Assembly (NCBI GenBank): GCA_965214935.1
Contig: CBDCCS010000018.1
Coordinates: 32,001 to 96,000 of the forward strand
Reading direction: 5' to 3'
Source: Candidatus Velthaea sp.
GTDB taxonomy: Bacteria > Vulcanimicrobiota > Vulcanimicrobiia > Vulcanimicrobiales > Vulcanimicrobiaceae
DNA: 64,000 nucleotides
The translations under genes were made by a program, and so were the position numbers. Below, piece by piece: positions 19,781 to 29,488 of this stretch (its first letter is position 1; the number at the start of each line of letters is the position of its first letter). Below the pieces are notes generated by a model that was given only the letters and a program-made list of their open reading frames with translations, did no database searches and had not been told where the DNA came from.

Positions 19781-21604
19781 GTGCAATATCGTTCTCGTCG
19801 TAGATCGTCGGGTAAGAAATACGGCAAGGAGCGGGCGGCAGCGCACATTCGCGAGGCTTCGGCGTTTTCCGACGAAGTTGGAGCGTCCGACAAAATTGTC
19901 AAGGACGCCTTTTTTGCATTGTCGGGTAGCGCACGGCAGTTCATACTAGACGAGTATGAAGCCCAGTATGGCAAATCTGCGCGCGACTATGCACGACAAA
20001 CAATCTCGAAATGGGAATCCGGCCGGGTTCAAATGAGCGGGATGATCGCGAAACGATTATTTGCGCTGATGCCGCCTCATATGCCTGTCTCCACAAAGCA
20101 CGCAATTGTTGAAGTTATCTGGAAGCGCTACGGACCACACTCAAGGAAATACGTATACGTCGGTTCCGATACCGATTATAAAGCGGCAATGAGCGATATC
20201 GCGAGATACTTTGATGGCCTGACCGTTCAACACGCAATCCCGGACCAGCTTGAGCGCCAATTCGACTGGCTTTCCGATAATGATGTTGCAGTCAAGCAAC
20301 AGTTACTCAATTACTTCATGAATGCACAACGAAGTGCCGCCCTCGCAAGCATCAGCTTGAATCTTTCGATGATGCTTGAGAGAATGAAGGCTGACAAAGA
20401 AGGCCAAATCGTCAAGCTAGGGCATATTGCCTTCGTTGGCAACCATCAGCTGGACATTCGAGCCGATCCGTTGCGATCGGGCTTTCTCTTTAGTGATTCA
20501 CCAAACGATTCCGTCAAGCCGCCAGTCCCCCCGACGAAGTTCCCCGTCACGTTCGTTGCAATTGCGATCGTAATTGCTGTCATATGGTACCTCAGCAGCC
20601 TCGCTCATAGTGAGCCGAGTACAAATGCGTCACATCCTGTTGGGTATACAACGGAATCTGAGCGTGCTCAATCTGAAACCGTCGCGCGCCAGGCGGTCAC
20701 TCCAACCATCGCTGCGACAAACCCAGCACCAAAGCCACGGAATTCCGTCCGATCGGCAAGCTCGCCCGCCTTTCATAAAGTGGCTCTTATCTCTCCGTCG
20801 ATCCACCCTGCTTCGGCACCGATTGCATCAGCGGTGGCATCGAAATTGCCTATCACCCGGCCTGCGCTAGTTAGAGACAATTCCTGCGCATCTTCTCAGG
20901 TTGCCGATGTCGAAGACGACGGAGCAACGATTCGCGCGAGCAACGGAGATACGTTTACCGTTTCGCCTGACGGTACAATGCGATTTCTTACAGCGCAGTG
21001 GAGTACCGGCGATGCCGTGACGATTTGCATTTCGCGCGGATCGGCTGCCTCGATAGAAAACCCAACTCATTACGCGAAGGTTCAAGCAACGCTCGAATCA
21101 CATGACCACGCGACCAGCATTTTTTGCGACGATGCCCAGTTGACGAGAATGAGCGATGATGGCGCCAGAATCGACGCAAGCGACGGATATTCATTCGTGG
21201 TATCCGAGGCTGGTACAATGAGATTCTTGGCGAGCCAATGGAGCACGAGCGATCATGTTGTGGTCTGCATGGCGACGCTTCCCGGCAGCGTCGCTGCAGC
21301 ATCCATAGCCAATCCCGTACACTACGCGAAAGTCCAGGCTACCGTATCTCAAAGAACCGCATCGTCTCCAATCTCCTGTGTGACAACCACCCTGTCGAAC
21401 GTAAGTAATGAGGGGACGTCAGTCGTGACCGGGAACGGAAGATCATATACCGTTGTTGATATTGGGACAATGCGTTTTCTCGTGCAACAGTGGTCAACTG
21501 GCGACAGCGTAACCATTTGTGAATCTCGCATTTCAGACGGTTCCATAGCGGCATCAATCGCGGATCCGGCCCACTACAGCAAGGTACAAGCAAGCCGCGT
21601 ATAA
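19781..21604 (+). CDS. Single-pass membrane protein: cytoplasmic N-domain, TM, linker, three tandem Cys-containing repeats
   Basis: TM FVAIAIVIAVIWYL; three copies of C..DDG/EG..GTMRFL..QWST.D.V..C..ASI..P.HY.KVQA. Confidence 0.75.
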   Translation: MQYRSRRRSSGKKYGKERAAAHIREASAFSDEVGASDKIVKDAFFALSGSARQFILDEYEAQYGKSARDYARQTISKWESGRVQMSGMIAKRLFALMPPHMPVSTKHAIVEVIWKRYGPHSRKYVYVGSDTDYKAAMSDIARYFDGLTVQHAIPDQLERQFDWLSDNDVAVKQQLLNYFMNAQRSAALASISLNLSMMLERMKADKEGQIVKLGHIAFVGNHQLDIRADPLRSGFLFSDSPNDSVKPPVPPTKFPVTFVAIAIVIAVIWYLSSLAHSEPSTNASHPVGYTTESERAQSETVARQAVTPTIAATNPAPKPRNSVRSASSPAFHKVALISPSIHPASAPIASAVASKLPITRPALVRDNSCASSQVADVEDDGATIRASNGDTFTVSPDGTMRFLTAQWSTGDAVTICISRGSAASIENPTHYAKVQATLESHDHATSIFCDDAQLTRMSDDGARIDASDGYSFVVSEAGTMRFLASQWSTSDHVVVCMATLPGSVAAASIANPVHYAKVQATVSQRTASSPISCVTTTLSNVSNEGTSVVTGNGRSYTVVDIGTMRFLVQQWSTGDSVTICESRISDGSIAASIADPAHYSKVQASRV

Positions 21605-21626
21605 CCGCGGTACCAACTCTCCCGCT

Positions 21627-22259
21627 GTGGCAAGACGTAAAAAGAATCTCACATACGCTGCGCAACTCCGTCGTCGGCGCATCGTCATTCGATCCACGGT
21701 CTGCTTCGTCGCCGCAGTCGCGATCGTGTCGGCGTTCATCGCTGCGACCCACATACAGCTCATCACAGCGATTACATCACATCCAAACGCCGCGGTCGCC
21801 GTCAGCGTAAGATCAACGAGTACATCTCAGCCTTTTTCCAAACTTGACAATGCTCTGCCCAATGCAACGCTGACTCCAGGTGCAGAAAGGACAACAGACA
21901 CGGCATTAGTCTGTTCACCCGGATACGCAACTCGCATTCGCCCAGAGGGACTACTGTGGCGCCGGCTCAAAGACGAAGCATATACTCGATATCATATTCC
22001 GCGTGGTCAGCGCCGCACAACCGACGCTAATGGCCAGCACTATCCAGCGTACGAAATTGATCATCTGATTCCCTTGGAACTCGGGGGAGACCCAACGGAC
22101 ATCCGCAACCTCTGGCCGCAGTCCGTCGCATCGGCAAAACAAAAAGATCAACTTGAAAATCGTCTACATTCGGCCGTTTGTAACGGGACGATGCCACTAA
22201 GCGAAGCGCAAGCCCTCATATCGACTGACTGGGTCGCAGCACTCACGAAAACCCAATGA
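21627..22259 (+). CDS. Membrane-anchored or secreted HNH-type nuclease
   Basis: N-terminal TM; YEIDHLIPLELGG..IRNLWPQ..KDQLENRLH..VC. Confidence 0.7.
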   Translation: MARRKKNLTYAAQLRRRRIVIRSTVCFVAAVAIVSAFIAATHIQLITAITSHPNAAVAVSVRSTSTSQPFSKLDNALPNATLTPGAERTTDTALVCSPGYATRIRPEGLLWRRLKDEAYTRYHIPRGQRRTTDANGQHYPAYEIDHLIPLELGGDPTDIRNLWPQSVASAKQKDQLENRLHSAVCNGTMPLSEAQALISTDWVAALTKTQ

Positions 22260-22396
22260 AGCCGGAGCCGTTAACAATAACTCTGAAGAAGCATTGTGTA
22301 CTCGATCAAATGGGTGACGATCACGAGGAAGATCAAAGTCGCAACTGCAATGACTTTAATTGCGTCTTTCGCTTGTGACACATCTTAGGAGACAAG

Positions 22397-24115
22397 GTGC
22401 GGCAAGACCGTGGAATTGAAGAAGTCAAAGCGCTACTCACTTACGCCGAAATCTATCACCAACAACCCACTCCTGGCCTCGTTAAGACGCTTCTTAGCCG
22501 CCTTAACAAGTTTCAGTTTCTCAGCTTCGTCTGCGGCGTTTCTGCGATTATGCATGGCGGTGCCGGCAAAGGAATGGAACCACAGTGGCAGCTAGACTTC
22601 GCGAAGGAATTGATGCCAGTTCTCTGCGGGGAACGCGTTCTCGCCAAGCTTCGCGCCGAGCCACGAGTGCTCGTCCATGAACTTCAACTCGGGCTTCTTG
22701 CGAGATACGCCCTCCAGTTCTGCGAGACGCAGGCGACGGTTGGAGAATTTGCCGATATCGTGCTGCGGCTTCTTCTCGCGGTCAACGAATTGTGGTCCCA
22801 AGTTGCCGACAAGGACCCCAGCGCAGACCCACGACGCGCTTTCTTTCGCACTGAGGTGCAGTCTGGAGTTCTACCAAACGAACGATTTGCTCACGTAATC
22901 CAACGATATTATCGCTTTTTCAAATGGTGTGATGCGCTCCCGTCCACTGCGCAAGACAGACTTCCAATGACAGCGGATTTCCAACGCCTAATGTCTATGA
23001 CTCCAGGCGAGTACCTAGCATCGGCATTTTGCGTGCTGACGCACTTCCTCTCGCTCAGATCTGCAAAAGATATTGCCGAGAAGCTCCCCTACTTGAGCCT
23101 AAAAGTATTTCCATCAACTCTGAATCGGCGTGATGTCCTGGACTCCTGGATAACGCGATTTAGCTACCAAGGATCGGAACTATCGGAAAAATCAACGGAA
23201 CCAACTTTTTCCGTATCAGACTTAGCGCCGTTTATCGAAAAGCCGCTTGTCGTCTTTGATGGCGACCAAGTGTTTTGCCCACTGCCATCCTTACTTGAAG
23301 ATACGATACAAACGCGATTGTATTTTGCGCTATTCGCAGAATACGAACTGGCAGACGGGCTTGAGAAGGCTAAGCAATTCTCACGATTGCAAGGGAGGTT
23401 TCTCGAAGATTATGTTGCCGACCTGTTCGCAATCTTGTTGCCCACGACTTATCACCAATATGGTGAGATAGTCTACTTAAACGGACAGAACAAGTCGTCA
23501 GACGTAGTTGCAATCAGACTCGATGACGGCGCGACCGTCTTCACCGAGGTAACGAAAACGCGCTTTCGGCTCACCGAGAGCTTGTTTGCCATGGACGAGA
23601 CCGCAATCAAAAGAGACATCGATTCCATGGTGCTACGCAAGGCGAAACAAGTCCAGAGGTGTGTGACCGATCTTCAGAACGGACTCTTTTCGTATCCTGA
23701 AGCGGTCACGTCGATCGCGCCGCTGATAGTCACGGGTCAAAGTATTCCGGGACTTATCTATCTGAAGCATTGGATAGAGCAGGAACTCCAATCAAGAAAC
23801 CTTCTGCAATCGACGGAGCCGCTTGTGTACTGCGACATTGAAGAGCTTGAACTTCTCTCCATCGCGGCACCCGGAGCTATTGACCTGTATGCATTGCTGA
23901 CCGAAAAGTCTAAACACCCGGATCTCTTAGCTAAAGTGCAATCCCTTAAGAACTACCTGCATTACTACCGACCCGATATTAGCCAAAAGCGATTATCGGG
24001 CGAGACGGTTCTCCCCGAATACGAAAAAGCTGTCAAACATATGATCGAACCAGCGATTCGATCCTGGGGCTTCGATATGACCTTCGAGAAACCGCCGTTT
24101 GATGAAAACATTTGA
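22397..24115 (+). CDS. Hypothetical protein with putative C-terminal PD-(D/E)XK nuclease-like domain
   Basis: AGGAG SD; helical N-terminus, then GRFLEDYV...SSDVVAI...FTEVTK...KAKQV. Confidence 0.55.
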   Translation: MRQDRGIEEVKALLTYAEIYHQQPTPGLVKTLLSRLNKFQFLSFVCGVSAIMHGGAGKGMEPQWQLDFAKELMPVLCGERVLAKLRAEPRVLVHELQLGLLARYALQFCETQATVGEFADIVLRLLLAVNELWSQVADKDPSADPRRAFFRTEVQSGVLPNERFAHVIQRYYRFFKWCDALPSTAQDRLPMTADFQRLMSMTPGEYLASAFCVLTHFLSLRSAKDIAEKLPYLSLKVFPSTLNRRDVLDSWITRFSYQGSELSEKSTEPTFSVSDLAPFIEKPLVVFDGDQVFCPLPSLLEDTIQTRLYFALFAEYELADGLEKAKQFSRLQGRFLEDYVADLFAILLPTTYHQYGEIVYLNGQNKSSDVVAIRLDDGATVFTEVTKTRFRLTESLFAMDETAIKRDIDSMVLRKAKQVQRCVTDLQNGLFSYPEAVTSIAPLIVTGQSIPGLIYLKHWIEQELQSRNLLQSTEPLVYCDIEELELLSIAAPGAIDLYALLTEKSKHPDLLAKVQSLKNYLHYYRPDISQKRLSGETVLPEYEKAVKHMIEPAIRSWGFDMTFEKPPFDENI

Positions 24116-24132
24116 GAGCTCCCCAACGCAGC

Positions 24133-24465
24133 TTACTCCTTCGCCAAAATAAAGGAACCCAGAAACGCAGCTGCACCGCAAATTGCGATCGCTAAGGCGC
24201 ATCCCCGAAATAGTGCAATCCTCCGCGCTTTGCGCCCATCAATCCGACGTAGCAAATCTTCGGCTCGCCGATGCAACTCCTCGAATGTCGTCGTCGGTGG
24301 CTGCATGGTGCTCTCAACGGGTCCAAGGCGCACGCCGGCGGCATACAGGTCATCAACGCTGAAGCGCAACGTCGATTCAGGACTGGCGTTCGAACCGAGG
24401 ACCTCCGACATCGATATCCTCCCGGTGATGTGCGCTTTGTTTTGTACACCAATGCTCACGTCCAT
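24133..24465 (-). CDS. Small hypothetical protein with C-terminal TM
   Basis: Amphipathic helix followed by a hydrophobic C-terminus. Confidence 0.35.
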   Translation of the reverse strand: MDVSIGVQNKAHITGRISMSEVLGSNASPESTLRFSVDDLYAAGVRLGPVESTMQPPTTTFEELHRRAEDLLRRIDGRKARRIALFRGCALAIAICGAAAFLGSFILAKE

Positions 24466-24960
24466 GTTTCAGGACGGCTCGCGTTCAGTGATCGACCTTA
24501 CAAGATACTCGAGCACCGTTTCCGCTGAAGCTCATAGTCAAGCGACTCGAACGAATTCGCAAGCACGTACGCGATTGAGAGACTCCCAGACGGACGTTGG
24601 AATCGCTTTTCTACTCTGGGCAGCTCGCCGAGCGCATGACGAGCGGGTCTGTTTGCACCCAACGCCTCTTCGCGACGATACCCCCGGCGACGGCATCTGG
24701 TAACGCCTCGATCAGACTCACCAGCTGCGAAGAGATGACACACCGGTAATCCACCGTCCCGGTCGTCGTGGCCAGCGTCGGCAGATGCCCTGAGGTTTAG
24801 AGTAGGACCGGCGGCCACCGTAGTCGTGGCCCTTCCATGCTCGAAGGCACGCCGACATTTTGAGAAAGGGTTTTGGGGTAGGGTCGGGGCCGGTGCCGAT
24901 GCCACCGGCAAGGAGTACTCGCCACACTGAGAACCAACGGCCTGGGACATCCTTCTGGCG

Positions 24961-26346
24961 TTAGCCGCTGAGCAACTCCTCGTCGGAAATGGACCTACTT
25001 AGCTCGCGGAAGTGGTGCCGAGTATCAAGTTTTCGCAAAGTTACAAGTAGAGCAGCCAATTCCATCGCCGCAAACCAGTCTGGATTCAGTTCAAAGCGCT
25101 TTCGCTTTTCTTTTTCATCCACATATTTCACTATCTCGTAGTTGCGAAACATCAGCAGGCTTCGTTCTATCTCGTGACGATCGTGCGTTTTCACCGATCC
25201 GCAAAGCGACGACACATTTGCCTGTCCCAGAGCAGATAGCCCCAGTAGTGTCTCGGTTCGAGTCGCTGAACCAAAGTATCGCTTTAAGCCGGGTGTCCAC
25301 TTCTTAGGCGTAAACATGCCTGGAACAATCGTAGATGCAAGTTGTTTTCCCGCAGGCACCCATTGCGTACCTAATACGCGTGCGAGTTGTACCAGTTCGT
25401 CATACGCTGGAAGTCCCGGATTTATCGCGTAGAGCGATCGCTGGCGGTTCTCGATCACCTTAGCGGAGACGAGAAGTCCCTCTTCCTTGAAAGTGAACAA
25501 AGTGTGGCGACTTACTTTTGTATTCTGGATTAGATCGGTCGGAGACATTGCCCCGTTCATAGCCAGTGCGACAAGCACCCGAAAGCGGATGACGGTCCCA
25601 AATAGCAGCGGCACGCGATCGGTTGAAGCTTGAACCCCGGCTGCTACTCTTCGACCAACGGGGCCTTCCTTCCAATCGTACCGTACCGTTGGAAGGGGCT
25701 CTTCCTTCGCAAAGTCCCGGGGTATCGTCATTCGATAGTCTGGAAGTATCTTGGTAAATGACTGAATGAACGACGTCAGCTCATGCTTTGCTCGAAATTG
25801 GCTGTGGATCAGCATCGAGCCACCAACAACTTCAAGAACTTGGCGTTTGGCAACGGCGGCCAATGCGCCCTCAATATTTATTGTCGTGGCACCTCGCTTG
25901 CGCAACACTTGACGCAAATCAGCAACCGTCATCCGGCCGTCATACGCAACCGCGAGTACCGCGATCGTTTGAAACTTATAGCCGAAAAGATCGAGATGAT
26001 CATGCTCGACCGGCTTATTCGTCGGATGGCTTTCGGAGTAGGGTAGACGTGGTGGCGGAATCGCGTGGTCGGTCAGTGCGCGCAGCAATATGCGCAGTTC
26101 TTCAATAGCTGGAAAAGCCGGATTGAGTGCAATCATCCGGCTCCGCTCGCTTCCAAAGCGATTAATCAGGCCAGTTGCCTCGAAAGAATCGAACTGTTCG
26201 CTGCTTGGATATGTTGCGAGGCTCAGGTCAACCGCGTCTTGGATTCGCATCGGTCCATGAACGGCAAGGGCGACGAGCATGCGCTGTTTCATCCAGCTTT
26301 GAAAGAGTAAGCCCTTAAACGTATCTTTCGGTGCCAGGCGGCTCAT
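24961..26346 (-). CDS. Protein with four tandem winged-HTH-like repeats
   Basis: Four units of (L/Y)FG..R..L.AL...G......L...(L/I)NP..P...EL..L, e.g. RMLVALAVHGP..ALNPAFPAIEEL; LFGTVIRFRVLVALAMNG..INPGLPAYDEL; YFGSATRTETLLGL..LNPDWFAAMEL. Confidence 0.65.
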   Translation of the reverse strand: MSRLAPKDTFKGLLFQSWMKQRMLVALAVHGPMRIQDAVDLSLATYPSSEQFDSFEATGLINRFGSERSRMIALNPAFPAIEELRILLRALTDHAIPPPRLPYSESHPTNKPVEHDHLDLFGYKFQTIAVLAVAYDGRMTVADLRQVLRKRGATTINIEGALAAVAKRQVLEVVGGSMLIHSQFRAKHELTSFIQSFTKILPDYRMTIPRDFAKEEPLPTVRYDWKEGPVGRRVAAGVQASTDRVPLLFGTVIRFRVLVALAMNGAMSPTDLIQNTKVSRHTLFTFKEEGLLVSAKVIENRQRSLYAINPGLPAYDELVQLARVLGTQWVPAGKQLASTIVPGMFTPKKWTPGLKRYFGSATRTETLLGLSALGQANVSSLCGSVKTHDRHEIERSLLMFRNYEIVKYVDEKEKRKRFELNPDWFAAMELAALLVTLRKLDTRHHFRELSRSISDEELLSG

Positions 26347-26855
26347 CTACTTAACCCGTAGGGACAGCCGATAAAATCGGTACTTGGTAACCGACGCCAT
26401 TCTCGGATCGTCGCGCGAGCCGTATTCCCCGTATCTAAAGAGAAACTAAACTTCGACGGAGATGCCGTAACACATGCTTGGATCGAGTGAAAAAATTTGA
26501 GATTTGACGGTCGAAATTGAAAGGTTTTCAAGAGAAAACGTTCGTAGTGACGGGCAGGGTTTGGCGAGAGCAGCGTCCCATCCGAGTCGGTCGAACGGGC
26601 CGGCAAAGGCGCGATACTTCTTGAGCGGACATTATTTGTAACCTGATTGCGCGTTACCGCGGCGCATGAAGAGAAAGGTTTTCTTACGATCTGAGCACGT
26701 AGGGGAATCTCATCGGGTCCTTTCCGGCACCACCCCGACGCCGGGCATTTTCCAGTTCGATTCCAAGCTTTTAGGAGCAGCGGAACGGAATCGACTGGCG
26801 GTCGTCCAGACGCGTCGCTCCGCGTCTGCCGAGCGACCAGAAGAGTTCCCATGTC

Positions 26856-28400
26856 TTGGATTCCTCATCCACCAACCAGCCAGTCATCCCCTTAACCGAC
26901 GACCGAGACCGAAAAGCCCTGACTATTGCCGCAAGAAGAAAAATCGTCTGGATTGGCGGCGGTATCGCCCGAGTTCAGTCAGAACGCAGCGATGCGTTTT
27001 ATGAGGTCGAGTCGCACGACGAGTTGTGCGAATGCGGCGACTTCCAAAAACGTCGGGCGGCGAAACCCGGTAAGAAGTGTAAGCATTGCCGCGCCCTAAA
27101 ACTGCTCTTAGCGGAGCATACTCAGGATGAAATCGGGATGTGGCCGTCGCGCCACGTCATCCTGCCGTCCGAGCGAATCAAAGCTGCGGCCGAAAAAATC
27201 GCGCAAGAGTATGGCAATGGACGCCGCCGGGCGCCGGTGACGATCCAGTATCCAGATGGACTAGCAAGAGAGTCCACACGTCGCAACGCGGCGTATCGCG
27301 AAATGCGTGATCGTGTCCCGCAATTATTGGCGGACTTGTCCCGCACACTCGCCTTAGAACCCGTTGCGAAGTGGGGCGGTCAAGAAATGCCGATTCACGA
27401 TCGGCTGTTTGCCGTGACATTCCGAGCATTCGCGAATCGGTCGCTCGAAGACACGCGCCACGAACTTTGCCAAATGGCACGACTCAGACATATCTCGGCT
27501 GCGCCCTGCAAGAATTCACTCTCGGCTTACGTGCATGACGCCGCACTTACTCCCCTTCTTCGCGAGGCGCTCTTTCGAACCGCAAAGTTCGTCAGAAAAA
27601 TCGAAACCCTCGCACTGGTAGATTCCACGGGCCTTGCCTCCTGTATGACCCAGGTGTATCTCGATTCCGGTAAAGGCGACAAAATTATTCGGCCCAAAAA
27701 CCGCTGGCGCAAGGCGCATGTCGTTTCCGGCGGAGTGACGGGCATCATCGCTGATGTTGTCCTCTCGGACCATGAGCGCAACATTGATAACTCGGACCCG
27801 AGCAAACCTACTGCAGATGTCAACTTTTGGCCGCGCCTCATTCAAAACGCAGCGAGCGTTTTCCCGAAGCTGCGATATGCTCTCGGAGACAAGGCGTATC
27901 TTAGCGATGACAATATTATCATTTGCGATAGTCTCGGCATAAAAGCGATCATTCCGATCAAGGTCAACTGGAATCCCACGAATAAAAAATCCACTGGTGC
28001 GATCGAGCTGTACGACATGTACACTCAGCACAACGACGCCTTTGAAGAGATTTACCGCTTCCGCTCCAAGATCGAGGGCGTCTTCAGTTCCATGAAACGA
28101 ACGACATCCTCATTCTTTCGCTCGCATGGAACGCGTGTTCCAAAGGGTGAGGTGTTTACGGATGAGCAGGTTGCACGAGCCAACGTCGCATTCGAGAACG
28201 AACTCCTTGCTAAGTGTCTCGTCCACTCGCTTCGCCGTATCGTCGTCCTCGAGAAGATCTATGATGACCCGATGAGCTTTGCGCGCAACACGGCATTCTT
28301 GCCAATGCCGTCAGAGTGGTACAAAACAAATCAAATCGATATCGACGCTGCAGCCACGGATGACGATTTTGGGGTTGAAGAGAACCAGGAGGCCGCTTAG
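26856..28400 (+). CDS. SWIM zinc-finger plus DDE transposase (IS4/IS5-like)
   Basis: SWIM-like CECGDF...CKH; catalytic D (LVDSTG), D (GDKAY), and YREK signature YRFRSKIEGVFSSMK. Confidence 0.8.
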   Translation: MDSSSTNQPVIPLTDDRDRKALTIAARRKIVWIGGGIARVQSERSDAFYEVESHDELCECGDFQKRRAAKPGKKCKHCRALKLLLAEHTQDEIGMWPSRHVILPSERIKAAAEKIAQEYGNGRRRAPVTIQYPDGLARESTRRNAAYREMRDRVPQLLADLSRTLALEPVAKWGGQEMPIHDRLFAVTFRAFANRSLEDTRHELCQMARLRHISAAPCKNSLSAYVHDAALTPLLREALFRTAKFVRKIETLALVDSTGLASCMTQVYLDSGKGDKIIRPKNRWRKAHVVSGGVTGIIADVVLSDHERNIDNSDPSKPTADVNFWPRLIQNAASVFPKLRYALGDKAYLSDDNIIICDSLGIKAIIPIKVNWNPTNKKSTGAIELYDMYTQHNDAFEEIYRFRSKIEGVFSSMKRTTSSFFRSHGTRVPKGEVFTDEQVARANVAFENELLAKCLVHSLRRIVVLEKIYDDPMSFARNTAFLPMPSEWYKTNQIDIDAAATDDDFGVEENQEAA

Positions 28401-28418
28401 AACACTACTGACCGCTGA

Positions 28419-28452
28419 AAAGGGAGGTGGCGGACTCGTGCTGCCTCCCTTT
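28419..28452. terminator. Hairpin downstream of the transposase gene
   Basis: AAAGGGAGGTGGC-N8-GCTGCCTCCCTTT. Confidence 0.55.
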
Positions 28453-29488
28453 CGCATTCTGACGATTCGGTCCACGTCTTTTAGGATGAGGGGCTGATTT
28501 GGAAGAGCCGCACGTCCTTTGATATCCCTGATCCGGTAGACTTAGATCTTCGCGGCTGCGAAATTTGGTCGATACTGTTTTGGACTTGTCGCATCGGGAC
28601 AATCACTGAGGAGCGTGATCGATGCGTTACCTGCGGCGGCAAGTTCGTATGTTCCGGGAGTGAGAATAAATGTCTTGGCATGCGAAACTGCCCATCTAAA
28701 GCGATATCGTTCCTCTAGTCGAAGAGTCTGAGTGGCAGAATATCATTTGGCTTCTGAGCGCTCAAGGGAACGCGGTCCCATTTACGAGCCAATTTCGTGA
28801 CAGGCTGTTGATGAAGAATTTGCGTAATCAGTACCGCTCGCCGCCCGGTGATAATGAGATCATACATATTCCCGTTCCTTCGTACATTTGACTCCTGCCA
28901 ATGCGTGTTGGGGACGAGGTTGTCGAAGATGCGCTTTGCCCAATCAAGAAATTCTTTTGTCCCGCTTAGTTGTAAGCGCAAGTAGTGACGATCCTTGGAA
29001 TCAACGAGCGCTTGGATAGAGCCGTCTCCATCGATAAAGCCAACGAGGAAGGACAGAAGATACGGTGCTACGTCCGGGAGCTCTGGCGGTTTGAGAGTGA
29101 GCGATTTTCGACCCGTTATATTCCAGAGCCGCCGCAGGTCGCTGATCCATGACTTGCACCCATAGACGCGAATCTGTGCAGATTCATACGTGTTTCCCGT
29201 TCTCTTGTCGTGTTGAGTATAGTAGTAAAGTTGTCCGCTGAAGCCAGTGTCGCGCGCGAATCGCCGAATCAACTCATTATCAGTCTCCTTTAACTTAAGA
29301 CTTAGATAGTCGCGGGTTTCCTGAATATCAGCGTCTGCTGCAAGGAGTCCGGCCCAGTAGGCGTTCTGATGGGTCGGTGTGCAGAAGTAATCTTTGTCGA
29401 AAGTGTATCGCCCGCTTCGCAAGCCGAGAGCGCCGAGGCGCGCGCTAATCGCCCTTGCGGTCCTATGTGGCAGGAGCTGATGTAGTTG

